Below are positions 38,815 through 49,323 of a DNA stretch of 64,000 nucleotides, one piece after another. The notes under the pieces were generated by a model. That model saw only the letters and a program-made list of their open reading frames with translations. It did not search any database and was not told the origin of the DNA. The position numbers and the translations under genes were made by a program. The first letter of the stretch is position 1. Every line of letters starts with the position of its first letter. The DNA lies in the NCBI GenBank assembly GCA_965226795.1, contig CBDDDZ010000005.1, forward strand, positions 2,464,001 to 2,528,000. Reading direction: 5' to 3'. Source of the DNA: Candidatus Latescibacterota bacterium (GTDB lineage: Bacteria; Latescibacterota; UBA2968; GCA-2709665).

Positions 38815-39621
38815 ATGTCCGAACTCGATCGCCTCGTCAATCTCATGGCCCGGCTTCGCGGCCCGGACGGATGCCCCTGGGACCGCGAGCAGACGCACCA
38901 GAGCCTCAAACCCTATCTGATTGAAGAGACCTACGAAGCCCTGGACGCCATCGACAGGGATGACGCCGATGGTCTGCGGGACGAACTGGGTGACGTTCTC
39001 CTTCAAGTCGTCTTCCACGCGCAACTCGCCCGGGAGGACGCCCGGTTCACCCTCGATGACGTCGCGGACGCCACGTCTGAAAAACTCATTCGCCGGCATC
39101 CTCACGTATTCGGGAACGCCACCGCGGACACCCCGGGGCAGGTGGTTGACAACTGGGAAGCCATCAAATCGCGGGAAAAGACGAGAAAAGGACTGAATCC
39201 ATCCATCCTCGACGGCATACCCGTGCAACTTCCCGCATTGCTAAGAGCGCGACGCGTCCAGGAGCGGGCAGCCAAGTCGGGCTTCGACTGGACAAACACC
39301 GACGAGGTTGTAGACAAGGTACGCGAGGAAGTGGACGAGTTTCTGGAAGCGTGGCGGGGCGCCGACCAAACGGGTGTGGAAGAAGAGCTTGGCGACCTCC
39401 TCTTCTCCCTGGTCAACCTCGCCAGGTTTCTGAAAGTCTGCCCTGAAAACGCGCTTCGGAAGACCGTTGGGAAATTCGAGAACCGTTTTCGATATATAGA
39501 ACGGGAACTCGGAAAACAGGGCAAGAGCCCCCAGAACGCCAGTCTGGATGAAATGGACCGGCTATGGGAAGCGTCCAAGAAACCGCGGGCGGAAAGGATC
39601 ACAGTCGATCCCGATTCATGA
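38815..39621 (+). CDS. mazG: Nucleoside triphosphate pyrophosphohydrolase MazG
   Basis: GCPWDREQT, EETYE, ELGDVLLQVVFH, KLIRRHPHVF, GFDW, EELGDLLF. Confidence 0.96.
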   Translation: MSELDRLVNLMARLRGPDGCPWDREQTHQSLKPYLIEETYEALDAIDRDDADGLRDELGDVLLQVVFHAQLAREDARFTLDDVADATSEKLIRRHPHVFGNATADTPGQVVDNWEAIKSREKTRKGLNPSILDGIPVQLPALLRARRVQERAAKSGFDWTNTDEVVDKVREEVDEFLEAWRGADQTGVEEELGDLLFSLVNLARFLKVCPENALRKTVGKFENRFRYIERELGKQGKSPQNASLDEMDRLWEASKKPRAERITVDPDS

Positions 39622-39791
39622 GTCGGCCTTCCGGAGACCGCGGGATCTCAATTTGGTCGGTGGCAGCCAGGGTCCAAAGCAGTATGAGACGCAACCGCCG
39701 TGTGGCGACGAATCCACGTTGGAACCCGCTGCCATTGAGCGAATTCACCGATTGCACGGTCGTTTTTATCCCTGTCCGACTCGCCTATCCT

Positions 39792-40763
39792 TCATTTCAA
39801 CACCGTGCGTTCATACACCTGTACCGCAGCCATCAGATCCTGAATCGCCATTCCCGTGAAATAGGAAATGGCGCCCTGGCCGCGCCGGTCTTCCAGACGG
39901 CCCAGCGCAGCGTCTCCAATGGTCAGGACGTTTCCTTCTCCGTCCGCCGCGAACCTGTCCCCGCCCAACCCGGCCGACAGGAAATCTCCCGACTTCAGCG
40001 CCTGTTCAGGATGGTCGGCAACCACCTCCCGGCTGCTCAGCAGCCCAGGTTCGAGTTGAGCGGTCCTCGGGTCGCCCGCGATCACGGACAGATGCACCGT
40101 GTCCGCAATGTCCGATGGTCCCAGAATCGGGCAGGGCGTTGGAACCGCCGTCAGCACGGCATCCGCGCCATCCAGACAGTCGCCAATCGAGTTGACGACC
40201 CGCACCCTGGCGTTCACTTTCGGTTCCACGAACGCTGCGAAGGCCTCGAGGTTTGCGGCGCTTCTGCTGGTCGCCCTGATCTCGCGCGGTCCGAGGGCAG
40301 CGTCGGCGCACAGGGCGAGCGCACGTGAAATTCGTCCGGTGCCCACAATCGCCAGCACAACCGCACCGCTGCCCAGGTAGCGGACACCCAGCGCGCCCGC
40401 CGCGCCCGTGCGCATATTGGTCAGATATTCCGCCTCCAGCACGGCCCTCCGGCCCGTCGTCAGATCATCCAGTTCGATCACGGCGGTGCGCCCTGCAAGC
40501 CGCCCCGTGGAGACGTCCGATCGCTCCTCTATAATCTTCCTCGCGCGGTACCGTCCCGGCCACTGTGCGGGCATTTCCAGTCGAAACAGATCCTCGCCTT
40601 CAGTCCTGCGTACAGTTTCCCGGCGCGGCGGATTCGACACCTGTCCCAACCCATAGAGGCGGAACGCCCGGTCACAGCCAGCAAGGACATCCTCAACCGA
40701 GAGTATTTCCTCGATTTCCGCATCTGAGATCTTCAATGTGCCGTCCAACGGTCCGCCCTCCAT
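39792..40763 (-). CDS. Ornithine cyclodeaminase/mu-crystallin family protein
   Basis: LTNMRTGAAGA, IVGTG Rossmann motif, TGMAIQDL. Confidence 0.85.
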   Translation of the reverse strand: MEGGPLDGTLKISDAEIEEILSVEDVLAGCDRAFRLYGLGQVSNPPRRETVRRTEGEDLFRLEMPAQWPGRYRARKIIEERSDVSTGRLAGRTAVIELDDLTTGRRAVLEAEYLTNMRTGAAGALGVRYLGSGAVVLAIVGTGRISRALALCADAALGPREIRATSRSAANLEAFAAFVEPKVNARVRVVNSIGDCLDGADAVLTAVPTPCPILGPSDIADTVHLSVIAGDPRTAQLEPGLLSSREVVADHPEQALKSGDFLSAGLGGDRFAADGEGNVLTIGDAALGRLEDRRGQGAISYFTGMAIQDLMAAVQVYERTVLK

Positions 40764-41112
40764 TGTGTCAATAGGGACATCCCTGAAAATAACGTCGTGC
40801 GGCGGGTGATGTCATTGGTCGGGGCCCATCGGTTTTTCGTGGGTTCCGATTTCAGACCGGTACAACCGATGCCGGCGGGAGACACGGTCGCTCAGTCGTC
40901 GGCGCAAATGGAGAACCGGTTCCATCCGAACTTACGCGACCGTTGCCACATTGTGAAGAGAAAAGTTGAAGGGCGCCGCGAGATCCCCATCCGCGCACGA
41001 CCTGCCCCGCGCCCGGCACGGAAATTCGACTTGACGGGGCGGGACTCAGGATCAATATTGTTGTTCCGTTTCCATAAAATTCGGACCTTCGGGACCTTTT
41101 GCGAGGCATTTC

Positions 41113-42279
41113 ATGAAAATCACGGAAGTCGAAACGTTCATTGCCGGCAACCCCTGGAAAAACTGGCTCTTCACCCGCGTCCAAACGGACGAGGGCGTAT
41201 ACGGTATCGGTGAAGGCACGGTCAACTTCATGGCCAGGACCGTTGAATCCGCCATACACGAACTCAGGCCAATGTGGGAAGGACAGGATCCGTTCCAGCC
41301 CGAACGCATTCTCCAGCGGATGTACCGCGACGTCTACACCGACGGCGGTCAGATTCATAAACACGCGGTTGCGGCCATCGAAGTTGCGTGCTGGGACATT
41401 ATGGGCAAGTGCCTGAACAAACCCGTCTACCAGCTTCTGGGCGGCCAGATGCGCGACAGAATCAGAGCCTATGCCAACGGCTGGTATCGCGGCCCCCGGA
41501 CGCCCGAAAACTTTCACGAAAAGGCGCAGGACGTGGTTCGCCGGGGATACACGGCCCTCAAATTCGACCCCTTCGGCTCCGCCTACCAGATTACGGACCT
41601 GGACGACGAGGCGCTCGCCATCGACATCATCGCGGCAGTTCGCGACGCCGTGGGACCCAGCGTAGACGTTCTCGTGGAAGGGCATTGCCGCTTCAGTTCG
41701 TCCACCGCCCTCAAGTTCGCCCGCAAAATGGAACCCTACAACCCCACCTGGTTTGAAGAACCGACGCCCCACCACAAGATTGACGCCCTCACCCGGGTCG
41801 CGAGAGAGTCGCCGGTGCCCATTGCAACGGGGGAGAGCCTTCATACGAAATATCAATTCGCAGAACTGCTGAAGCACGACGTCGTACACATCCTGCAGCC
41901 GGAACCCCTGGCCTGCGGAGGGCTCTGGGCCACCCGCATGATATGCGATATGGTCGACGCGCACTATGGCGTTGTCGCGCCACACGACGCCCAGGGTCCC
42001 GTATGTACAGCCATCTGCCTGCAGCTGGCGGCCTGTACGCCCAACCACTTCATCCAGGAAACCTTCGACGAATTCAACGTGGCGTGGGAACGGGACCTGG
42101 TTACCGGCGAAAGGTTCGACGTCGTCGACGGCTACTTCAGGGTGCCTGCCGCACCCGGCCTGGGCATCGATCTCAACGTGGACGAGATCCGCAAACACCC
42201 CTATTCCGTGAACAATCACCTGCCGCTCTTCCGAGACGGTTGGGAACGCCGAGTTTCCCAGGAGGAAGTGACGTCATGA
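41113..42279 (+). CDS. Mandelate racemase/galactonate dehydratase-like enolase superfamily protein
   Basis: WDIMGK...PVYQLLGG, YANGW, KFDPF, EGH, FEEP, ATGE motifs. Confidence 0.92.
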   Translation: MKITEVETFIAGNPWKNWLFTRVQTDEGVYGIGEGTVNFMARTVESAIHELRPMWEGQDPFQPERILQRMYRDVYTDGGQIHKHAVAAIEVACWDIMGKCLNKPVYQLLGGQMRDRIRAYANGWYRGPRTPENFHEKAQDVVRRGYTALKFDPFGSAYQITDLDDEALAIDIIAAVRDAVGPSVDVLVEGHCRFSSSTALKFARKMEPYNPTWFEEPTPHHKIDALTRVARESPVPIATGESLHTKYQFAELLKHDVVHILQPEPLACGGLWATRMICDMVDAHYGVVAPHDAQGPVCTAICLQLAACTPNHFIQETFDEFNVAWERDLVTGERFDVVDGYFRVPAAPGLGIDLNVDEIRKHPYSVNNHLPLFRDGWERRVSQEEVTS

Positions 42280-43646
42280 ACGTTGTCTTTATCGTGCTCG
42301 ATAGTTTCCGGCAGGATCACGTGAGCCTGTACAACCGTGGGGCCGCGCCCTTTGCCGGCATCGACGCGTGCCAGACGCCCAATATCGACGCATTCGCCGA
42401 GGAGGCTGTCGTATTCGACAATGCCTACCCCGAAGCCCTGCCGACCATTCCCATTCGCTGCCAGCTGATGACCGGCCAGCGCACGCTTCACAGCCGCGGC
42501 TGGCAACCCCTCACCCGGGAAGACGTACACGTCGCCCAGATACTCTCCGAAGAGGATTACGTCTGCGGCCTCGTTTCGGATACGTACCACTATCGCGCTC
42601 CCGGGATGAACTACCACCGGGACTTCGCTTCGTACGACTGGATCCGCGGCCAGGAATACGATCCCTGGATCTCGGCGCCGACCAGACGCAATATCGAGGA
42701 CTACGTCAACAGGAACTATCCCGATACCTGGCGCCGGCGCATCTCTCAATTCCTGGCCAACACAGATGGCTTCGACTCGGCCGAAGACGGATTTGCGTGG
42801 AAAGTGGTCGACAGCGCCACTGACTGGCTGGAATCGAACCGCGCGCATGAAAACGTCATGCTCTGGGTGGATTCGTTCGATCCTCACGAACCCTGGGATC
42901 CCATTCCGGATTTCGACGCCTACACCGATCCCGGTTACCGCGGCCCCCGCCTCATTATGCCGGTGGGAGGGCCGTCGGAAGATTGGGCCTCGCCCGACGA
43001 GATCTCCCATATCCAGGGTCTCTACGCAGGAGAATGCGCCTTTGTGGACCACTGTCTCGGGCGGCTCTTCGAAGCCCTGAGAAACCTGGGATATTACGAC
43101 GACAGCGTTATTTTTTTGCTGGCCGACCACGGACATCCACTGAACGACCACGGGAAATTCCTCAAGGGCGCGGACCGGATGTACAACGAACTGCTCAAGG
43201 TTCCGTTCATCGTCCGACTGCCGGGAGGGAAACACGGTGGTCGGCGGACTTCCGCGATCGTACAGTTTCAGGACGTGCTGCCCACCCTCCTCGATGCACT
43301 CGACCTGCGCGGCAACACCGACGCAATGGCGGGTCGCAGCTTTATGCCCGTGCTCACCGGAGATGCGGATGAACACCGGCGGCAGATCATCACCGGTTAC
43401 CACAGCGGAATCGACCGCTGCACCCGAGACAACACCTGGAGTTATATCCAGCGCCCGCCGGGGGAGCCCGATGAGCTGTACCATCTTCCGGACGATCCCG
43501 GGGAACGAGTCAACCTCGTCGACGATCACCCCGACGAGGCCCTGCGCCTGACCGCCGCGTTCGGCAGGGTATTCAAGCGCCGATCCTCGAATACGGTCAA
43601 AGGGGTCCAGGGGGAATATGAAATGGCCTCATCGAGCATCGAGTAA
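42276..43646 (+). CDS. Sulfatase-like hydrolase
   Basis: DSFRQD, TPNID, FDPHEPWD, ADHGH; nucleophile motif PTIPIR; ATGA overlap with the upstream gene. Confidence 0.87.
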   Translation: MNVVFIVLDSFRQDHVSLYNRGAAPFAGIDACQTPNIDAFAEEAVVFDNAYPEALPTIPIRCQLMTGQRTLHSRGWQPLTREDVHVAQILSEEDYVCGLVSDTYHYRAPGMNYHRDFASYDWIRGQEYDPWISAPTRRNIEDYVNRNYPDTWRRRISQFLANTDGFDSAEDGFAWKVVDSATDWLESNRAHENVMLWVDSFDPHEPWDPIPDFDAYTDPGYRGPRLIMPVGGPSEDWASPDEISHIQGLYAGECAFVDHCLGRLFEALRNLGYYDDSVIFLLADHGHPLNDHGKFLKGADRMYNELLKVPFIVRLPGGKHGGRRTSAIVQFQDVLPTLLDALDLRGNTDAMAGRSFMPVLTGDADEHRRQIITGYHSGIDRCTRDNTWSYIQRPPGEPDELYHLPDDPGERVNLVDDHPDEALRLTAAFGRVFKRRSSNTVKGVQGEYEMASSSIE

Positions 43647-43737
43647 CCCAACGCACCCCTGGCGCCCGCAAGCGCGGCGGCGGCCTTTCCCGCACTCGAT
43701 CCATCGCTGCTATGTTCACACTAAAGAAGGAGACCCT

Positions 43738-44478
43738 GTGGAAAATCCCGTGAAAGCGAAACTCTCGAAGGGCGAACTGTCCCTTGGAGGCTGGTTGAAC
43801 CTCGGTTCCCCGCTGGCCGCCGAACTCATGGCCGCCGCCGGCTACGAGTGGCTGGCCGTAGACGCGGAACACTCGCCGTTTGACATCCCCCTGATCGCGG
43901 ACACGTTCCGGGCGATCGAGGCCCGAGGCGCCGTACCCTTCGTCCGCGCGTGGGACCACGATCCAGTCTCGCTTGCCCGCATCCTGGACGCCGGCGCGTA
44001 CGGCATCATCGTGCCGCACGTGAGCACGCCGCGACAGGCCGAAGCACTGGTACAGGCCATGCGCTATCCTCCTAAGGGCGCCCGCTCCGCCGGTACTGGT
44101 CGGGTCGCCGTCTACGGCGACGAATATCGCCAGGGCGCCAACGATGCGGTGATGGTCGTGCCTCAGATCGAAGACATGGAAGGGATCAACAACACGGAAG
44201 CCATCATGTCCGTCGAGGGAATCGACGTCGGATTCCTCGGACCCGGCGACCTGGCCCTCTCAATGGGTGTGAACCGGGGCCACCCCGACCACGAAAATGC
44301 CATACAGACATTCGTATCCGGCTGCAGGAACGCGGGTAAACCCTACGGGATGCCCGAACGAGGTCCGGACATTGTCAGGAAACGCATCCGGGAGGGATTT
44401 ACGTTCTTAGACATCGCCAGCGACCTGCGCACCCTCGAAGCCGGAGTGCAGAAGGCACTGGCCGACATCAGAACCTGA
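43738..44478 (+). CDS. HpcH/HpaI aldolase family protein
   Basis: DAEHSP, ILDAGA.GIIVPHV, YPPKG.R, QIE, GPGDL. Confidence 0.92.
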   Translation: MENPVKAKLSKGELSLGGWLNLGSPLAAELMAAAGYEWLAVDAEHSPFDIPLIADTFRAIEARGAVPFVRAWDHDPVSLARILDAGAYGIIVPHVSTPRQAEALVQAMRYPPKGARSAGTGRVAVYGDEYRQGANDAVMVVPQIEDMEGINNTEAIMSVEGIDVGFLGPGDLALSMGVNRGHPDHENAIQTFVSGCRNAGKPYGMPERGPDIVRKRIREGFTFLDIASDLRTLEAGVQKALADIRT

Positions 44479-44530
44479 AAGAAACCGGCTAGGGGCTCCC
44501 TCCCGCCTCGTGTCGCGCATTAAACATGAA

Positions 44531-44560
44531 GCCCGGCAAACCGGCCGGGCCTTTCTTTTT
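44531..44560 (+). terminator. Intrinsic terminator
   Basis: GCCCGGC-aaaccg-GCCGGGC followed by CTTTCTTTTT. Confidence 0.75.
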
Positions 44561-44650
44561 CAGTACCTGAATGAAGTAATGTTAAATACTATATTGATAA
44601 AATAGATATTATTTTTTATATTATCTATAACTTATTAAATAATCATAAAT

Positions 44651-44947
44651 GTGGAATACACAATGTCAAATAGATCCCTTCCCATTCGGTGCCCCAGTTG
44701 TGCCCATGAATTGCACGTTGTCCGGCTCGGTTGCGACCATTGCGGTACGGTCGTGCAGGGCTGTTTTGCTCTCCCGATCCTGACGCGCCTGTGTCCCGGA
44801 GACCGTTCGCTAATACTGAACCTGGTTAAATCCAGCGGGAACCTCAAAGATCTCGCCAGGCTTTATGGCGTCTCCTATCCGACCGTTCGCAACCGTCTCG
44901 ACGCACTGATCGAAAAGATCGGTGAGATAGAAGCAGGCGCAGGATAG
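44651..44947 (+). CDS. DUF2089 family protein (Zn ribbon + HTH)
   Basis: CPSC..CDHC, GNLKDLA...GVSYPTVRNRLD signature. Start may be ATG 44663. Confidence 0.9.
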   Translation: MEYTMSNRSLPIRCPSCAHELHVVRLGCDHCGTVVQGCFALPILTRLCPGDRSLILNLVKSSGNLKDLARLYGVSYPTVRNRLDALIEKIGEIEAGAG

Positions 44948-45007
44948 GCCCCGATTCGCCGTCAACGGCCCGCGGGGTACCTATTGAATGTCTCCAGGGA
45001 GGTCAAA

Positions 45008-45676
45008 ATGGAAATGTCGGAAAGCGCACCCTCGAACGAATTGAAGACGTGGCTCTTCAACCCGTTTCATTACATCGCCGGGGGCAGGGCCCTCGGCATC
45101 GGGCTAATCGTCATGCTCATCGCCAGCCTCGCTGGCGCAGCCACGAAATTCCACTTCGACGGTGTCATCGACCTTCATTCGGGTACGCAAGCGCCGAAAT
45201 GGGTGTTTGTTTCAGAGAACCTGATCAACTGGCTTGTCATGGGGGTTCTGCTTTCCTGTGCCGGGCGGTTGATTTCCAGGAGCCGCATCCGCCCCCTGGA
45301 TGTTTTCGGGACGCAGGCACTGGCGCGGACACCGATGGGTATCATGCTGTTTTGCGTGCTCCTCCCCGGTTTCCGGAGGGTTTCGGAACACCTCGCCGCG
45401 CAGCTGACACAGGGAGGCGACCACCTTCAATCCGATCCCTCCGGGCGTGTACTCACGTCCTTCACACAGGTCCAAATGCTCGACATGGCCGTCTTCGTTC
45501 TGGTCGTCATTCTGGCGCTGTTGCTGATTGTCTGGACAGTCCTATTGATGTACCGTGCTTTCGCCGTCGCCTGCAACGTCGGTGGTGGCCGGGCCATCGG
45601 CATGTTCGTGACGGCTATCTTGATCGGTGAAGGCATTTCCAAGTGGCTCATCGGCGCGCTCCTTTCCACAATATAG
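45008..45676 (+). CDS. Yip1-like multi-pass membrane protein
   Basis: LFNPF..IAG and HFDG..D.H motifs; about five hydrophobic helices. Confidence 0.65.
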   Translation: MEMSESAPSNELKTWLFNPFHYIAGGRALGIGLIVMLIASLAGAATKFHFDGVIDLHSGTQAPKWVFVSENLINWLVMGVLLSCAGRLISRSRIRPLDVFGTQALARTPMGIMLFCVLLPGFRRVSEHLAAQLTQGGDHLQSDPSGRVLTSFTQVQMLDMAVFVLVVILALLLIVWTVLLMYRAFAVACNVGGGRAIGMFVTAILIGEGISKWLIGALLSTI

Positions 45677-45782
45677 AACTCGCCGACCCACAAGACTGGA
45701 TCGGCGAGTTCTCACGCCCATACGGTTGTCCAAGATCGGATGGTCCCCGCCCCGTGGAACAGGCCATCCTATATGCAATATA

Positions 45783-46994
45783 TCAGACCAGATTTCCATC
45801 CGCGCGGCTGTTTGGTCCATTCACCACAACGGGTTCCCGCATCCCCACACACATATTGCCGCCAATCAAGTTGTAGTCGCTGGATCCGCTCTCCACGATA
45901 CCGCCCTCCTGCGTGGGATTCGCCTGGTCGTCGGCGCAACGGTTGCCCTGGACGATCGTCCGCTCGAGATCGTGCAGCCGAATCCCCGGCCAGCGACCGG
46001 GCGCCTCCTGCGAATTGCTCAGCAACAGGTTTCCCGAGATAACCTGCTCCTCGCCCCGGTTGGCATCAATCCCGCAGCGCCCGTTGTACGCGCAGACATT
46101 GTCGCTGACGATGTTGTGGTGGTCGCCGCCGTTCGCCACTCCGCCGATCCCGTGCTGACCGTTGTGCGAAAACACACTGTCGCTGCACACCGTATGGTGC
46201 ACACGGGCGCAGAAGAAAAAACCGTCGCCGCCGTTGTCTTCCGCGATATTGTGCGACCAGACGCTCGCGCGCAGCCCGGTACCAGGATGGAACCCGTGCC
46301 CGCGGCAACCATGCGCCTGGCATTGCATGACCTGGACGTCGCTACCTCTCTGAATGCCGAATCCGTCGCTCGGCCAGCCGGATACCGTGCAATTTACCAC
46401 CCGCACACGCCGGCAGCCCACCAGATGGACCGCCGCGTAGGTAAAATCCCACCAGGGCCCCCTGTATTGTTCGGGACCCCGTATGTTGAGACCCTGAATC
46501 TCGAAATCGACCGCATCCAGCGCGTAAATCGCAGGGAACAGCCGAACGGCCCGCGCGTTTTCAGCCAACTTCAACTCCCGTTCCATCGGCACGTTCAACC
46601 GCACCCGGGTCCCGCATCGCTCCTGCACGATTCCGTGTGTACCGTGCCAACCGTACTGCCGATCGTCGCATAGTCCGATGGCGTCACCCACCTCAAAGGG
46701 CGGAAGCATGTCGCATTCGAACTCGTATTCGTCTTCGCGGGCGTCGTTCTTGAGGGCCACGGTTTCCGCCGGCTGTATCGCCAGAACGGTTGCCGGCCCA
46801 TCGCCGACCAGGCTCACACATTGGCGCAGATAGACGGATTGCCGCAACAGGTATGTGCCCGGCGGCACGCGGACCCGTCCTCCCGCCGAGGACAGAGACG
46901 CGACCGCCTCGGCAATCCCGCACGTCGGAGAGGCCGGATCGTAAAAATCCGCGACATTGACTTCGGACTGCCGTACCGGCGACCCCGCCATCAT
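45783..46994 (-). CDS. Right-handed parallel beta-helix protein (pectate lyase-like)
   Basis: GG.V.VPPGTY N-terminus; repeated N...NG.DG/GI units. Confidence 0.82.
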   Translation of the reverse strand: MMAGSPVRQSEVNVADFYDPASPTCGIAEAVASLSSAGGRVRVPPGTYLLRQSVYLRQCVSLVGDGPATVLAIQPAETVALKNDAREDEYEFECDMLPPFEVGDAIGLCDDRQYGWHGTHGIVQERCGTRVRLNVPMERELKLAENARAVRLFPAIYALDAVDFEIQGLNIRGPEQYRGPWWDFTYAAVHLVGCRRVRVVNCTVSGWPSDGFGIQRGSDVQVMQCQAHGCRGHGFHPGTGLRASVWSHNIAEDNGGDGFFFCARVHHTVCSDSVFSHNGQHGIGGVANGGDHHNIVSDNVCAYNGRCGIDANRGEEQVISGNLLLSNSQEAPGRWPGIRLHDLERTIVQGNRCADDQANPTQEGGIVESGSSDYNLIGGNMCVGMREPVVVNGPNSRADGNLV

Positions 46995-47008
46995 CGCTCT
47001 CCCCATGC

Positions 47009-47036
47009 AAAAAAGGGGCGCCCACAACAGCGCCCC
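47009..47036 (-). terminator. Intrinsic terminator-like hairpin after the aldolase
   Basis: GGGGCGC-tgttgtgg-GCGCCCC then TTTTTT on the minus strand. Confidence 0.6.
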
Positions 47037-47058
47037 GTTCCACGCCTCGGTTCCTCGC

Positions 47059-47787
47059 TCAAACCGCCGGCGATTCAAGAAACACCGTCACGCCCACGTC
47101 GGCGTACTTCGCCCGGTTCTCCGCGGCGCCGATCCGGTGACACACGGCCACTCCGGAGCCCTGAAGGGATTTTGCCACGTAGGCCACGGCATCATCCACT
47201 GACTTCAGGGCGTGATTGGGGTGTGCCATCAGGCTGATCGTCAGGTCGGTGGGTCCGAAAGACAGGCAGTCCACCCCGGGCCTGGCCAGAAGATGCGCCC
47301 GGGTCACGGCCTCTACCGACTCGATCTGCAGCCACAACACCCCGTATGCGCGCCACCAGTCCGCGTAATTAAAGGGATCGGAGAATTCCGACGCCCTGCG
47401 CCGGGCGCCGCCGCCGAAACTTCGAACACCCGCAGGCGGAAAATAAAACGCGTCGATCGCCTCGAACGCGGTCTCATCCGTCTCCGTCTGGGGCACCTCC
47501 ACTCCGCACGGCCCCAGATCCAGGTAATTTCCAATCAGGTACGCGTTCCTGGTGTGTTTTATGCGAAACTGGACAAATACGTCCAATTCCTCCGCGATGC
47601 CGCAGAATTCCTCCAATCGCTCTTCATTCAACGCCGAATGCTGGCTGTCCACGGATACGAAGTCGTACGGACCGCTCTCCACGACCTGCCGGAGTCGCTC
47701 CCGGGACGCATCCGCTGGCAACGTCGTGCCGAAAATCTGCTCTCCGTCACGCATTCGTTTCTTCAGACCAACGGCATTCTCGAACAT
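47059..47787 (-). CDS. HpcH/HpaI aldolase/citrate lyase family protein
   Basis: DSQHS, LDLGP.G.EVPQ, FPPAG.RS.G, QIES, GPTDL. Confidence 0.85.
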   Translation of the reverse strand: MFENAVGLKKRMRDGEQIFGTTLPADASRERLRQVVESGPYDFVSVDSQHSALNEERLEEFCGIAEELDVFVQFRIKHTRNAYLIGNYLDLGPCGVEVPQTETDETAFEAIDAFYFPPAGVRSFGGGARRRASEFSDPFNYADWWRAYGVLWLQIESVEAVTRAHLLARPGVDCLSFGPTDLTISLMAHPNHALKSVDDAVAYVAKSLQGSGVAVCHRIGAAENRAKYADVGVTVFLESPAV

Positions 47788-47980
47788 ACACCCTCCGGTT
47801 ATGTCAAGTGTCGAATGAGAAAATCGAAATTCAGGGGATGGTTCGTAATTCTCCGGTCTCCACCGGTTTTTTCCTCCTGACCTACAGCCGCCAGACGTGA
47901 GACGTGAAAACCAGGCGAACCACACAACGCCCCTATGACTTCTCGCCCCCTCTTTCCTCTAACGTCTTACGTCTCACAGC

Positions 47981-49222
47981 TTACCGTAAGTCTTTCGCAT
48001 GTGCTCTCACCTTCTCAAATGCCGTGCAGAGATCCTTCATCCTTACTTCGGAGGTAAGCAGAACCGTCTGAGACAGCCAGATCCGGTCTTTACAGGCCTT
48101 CTCCACGTTGGGCAGATGAAGACTCCCATAATCAGGCGCATCGTCCATCTTACTCCAGGCAAAAGGTTTATACGAACTGGTCTTCCAGTCGTTCTGAAAT
48201 ACGGGATTCCGATAGACCGGCTCGGCATAGCCTCCGCTCGCGGGCACCCCTTCCGCCCGAAGCGCCTGCAGAAACCGCTCTCGCGGTACTCCCTCGAACT
48301 CGTCCGCAGCGTACCGGGCGCTGTAAATGTGCCAACTCGCCCCGGTTGCTTCCGGCAGTCTTTCGACCGGCTCGATGCCATCGATCCGCGACAGCGTTCG
48401 AGTCAGCATTGCGGCATTCTGTTCCCGGATATCCGTCTGTTTCCGGACCCGCTCCAACTGGCACAGCAGTATCGCGGCCGCGAAATCCGTCATTCGATGG
48501 TTGCCGCCCCAGCGCAGTCCCTCGGGCGCCCGGTTGAACCGGGACCGCCCCGAATTGATCACGCAACACATTCGGTCGGCCACCTCTTCGTCGTTTGTCA
48601 GCGCGATTCCGCCGTCCCCGCACGTCATGTTTTTGCTTCGCTGAAAACTGAAGCCCGACGCCAGACCCCAACTTCCCAGTCCCCGGCCCATATACGACGC
48701 CCCCCATCCATGGCAGGCGTCTTCGAGCAAGAAAAGATTGTGCCGGTCCGCGATTTTCTGAATCCCTTTCATGTCGCAGGCCAAGCCACCGAAATGAACC
48801 ACCATAATTGCCTTCGTTCGAGGGGTAACCGCCGCTTCAATCGCATTGGGGTCGATATTGTCCGAATTCGGAGCGATGTCCGCGAACGTCGCCGTCGCAC
48901 CAGCGGCCAGAATACCCATGCACGTGCCGTGGAACGTATATGGACTGGTTATCACCTCATCCCCGACGCCGATCTCCGCGCCCCGGCACGCGGCTTCCAG
49001 CGCATTGGTGCCCCCACTGCACACCAGCCCATACGCCGCATCCTGAAAACGGGCGAATTTTTCCTCCAGTTCCAGGCACCTGGGGCCGTAGTTCCAGCTC
49101 CGGCTCCGCAACACCTCCAACAACATGGCCTCTTCGGTCTGGTCGAACTGCGGCCAGGGATCCGCAATCCCCTGAGTCACTACGGGCTCTCCGCCAAACA
49201 ATGCGAGACGGCCGGACATCAC
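47981..49222 (-). CDS. DegT/DnrJ/EryC1/StrS family aminotransferase
   Basis: VHFGG, EDACHG.G, FSFQRSKNMT.GDGG motifs. Confidence 0.93.
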   Translation of the reverse strand: MMSGRLALFGGEPVVTQGIADPWPQFDQTEEAMLLEVLRSRSWNYGPRCLELEEKFARFQDAAYGLVCSGGTNALEAACRGAEIGVGDEVITSPYTFHGTCMGILAAGATATFADIAPNSDNIDPNAIEAAVTPRTKAIMVVHFGGLACDMKGIQKIADRHNLFLLEDACHGWGASYMGRGLGSWGLASGFSFQRSKNMTCGDGGIALTNDEEVADRMCCVINSGRSRFNRAPEGLRWGGNHRMTDFAAAILLCQLERVRKQTDIREQNAAMLTRTLSRIDGIEPVERLPEATGASWHIYSARYAADEFEGVPRERFLQALRAEGVPASGGYAEPVYRNPVFQNDWKTSSYKPFAWSKMDDAPDYGSLHLPNVEKACKDRIWLSQTVLLTSEVRMKDLCTAFEKVRAHAKDLR

Positions 49223-49323
49223 GCGCCTTTCAGATGGTAGAATTCAACATTGCACATTGGAAAAAGCCGACGTAAATTCCGAAACCCCGGAGTATCCATT
49301 GACCTTGGGAACGGAGCGTCGAC

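Noticed and set aside
44560..44587. dif site (TAATGTTAAAT resembles the XerD arm)
   Set aside because: No XerC-like arm at the correct spacing.
47999..49240. Long antisense/shadow ORFs (e.g. 47999-49240, 40852-42219, 42216-43529, 53520-54716)
   Set aside because: They mirror well-supported genes on the opposite strand; expected in high-GC DNA.
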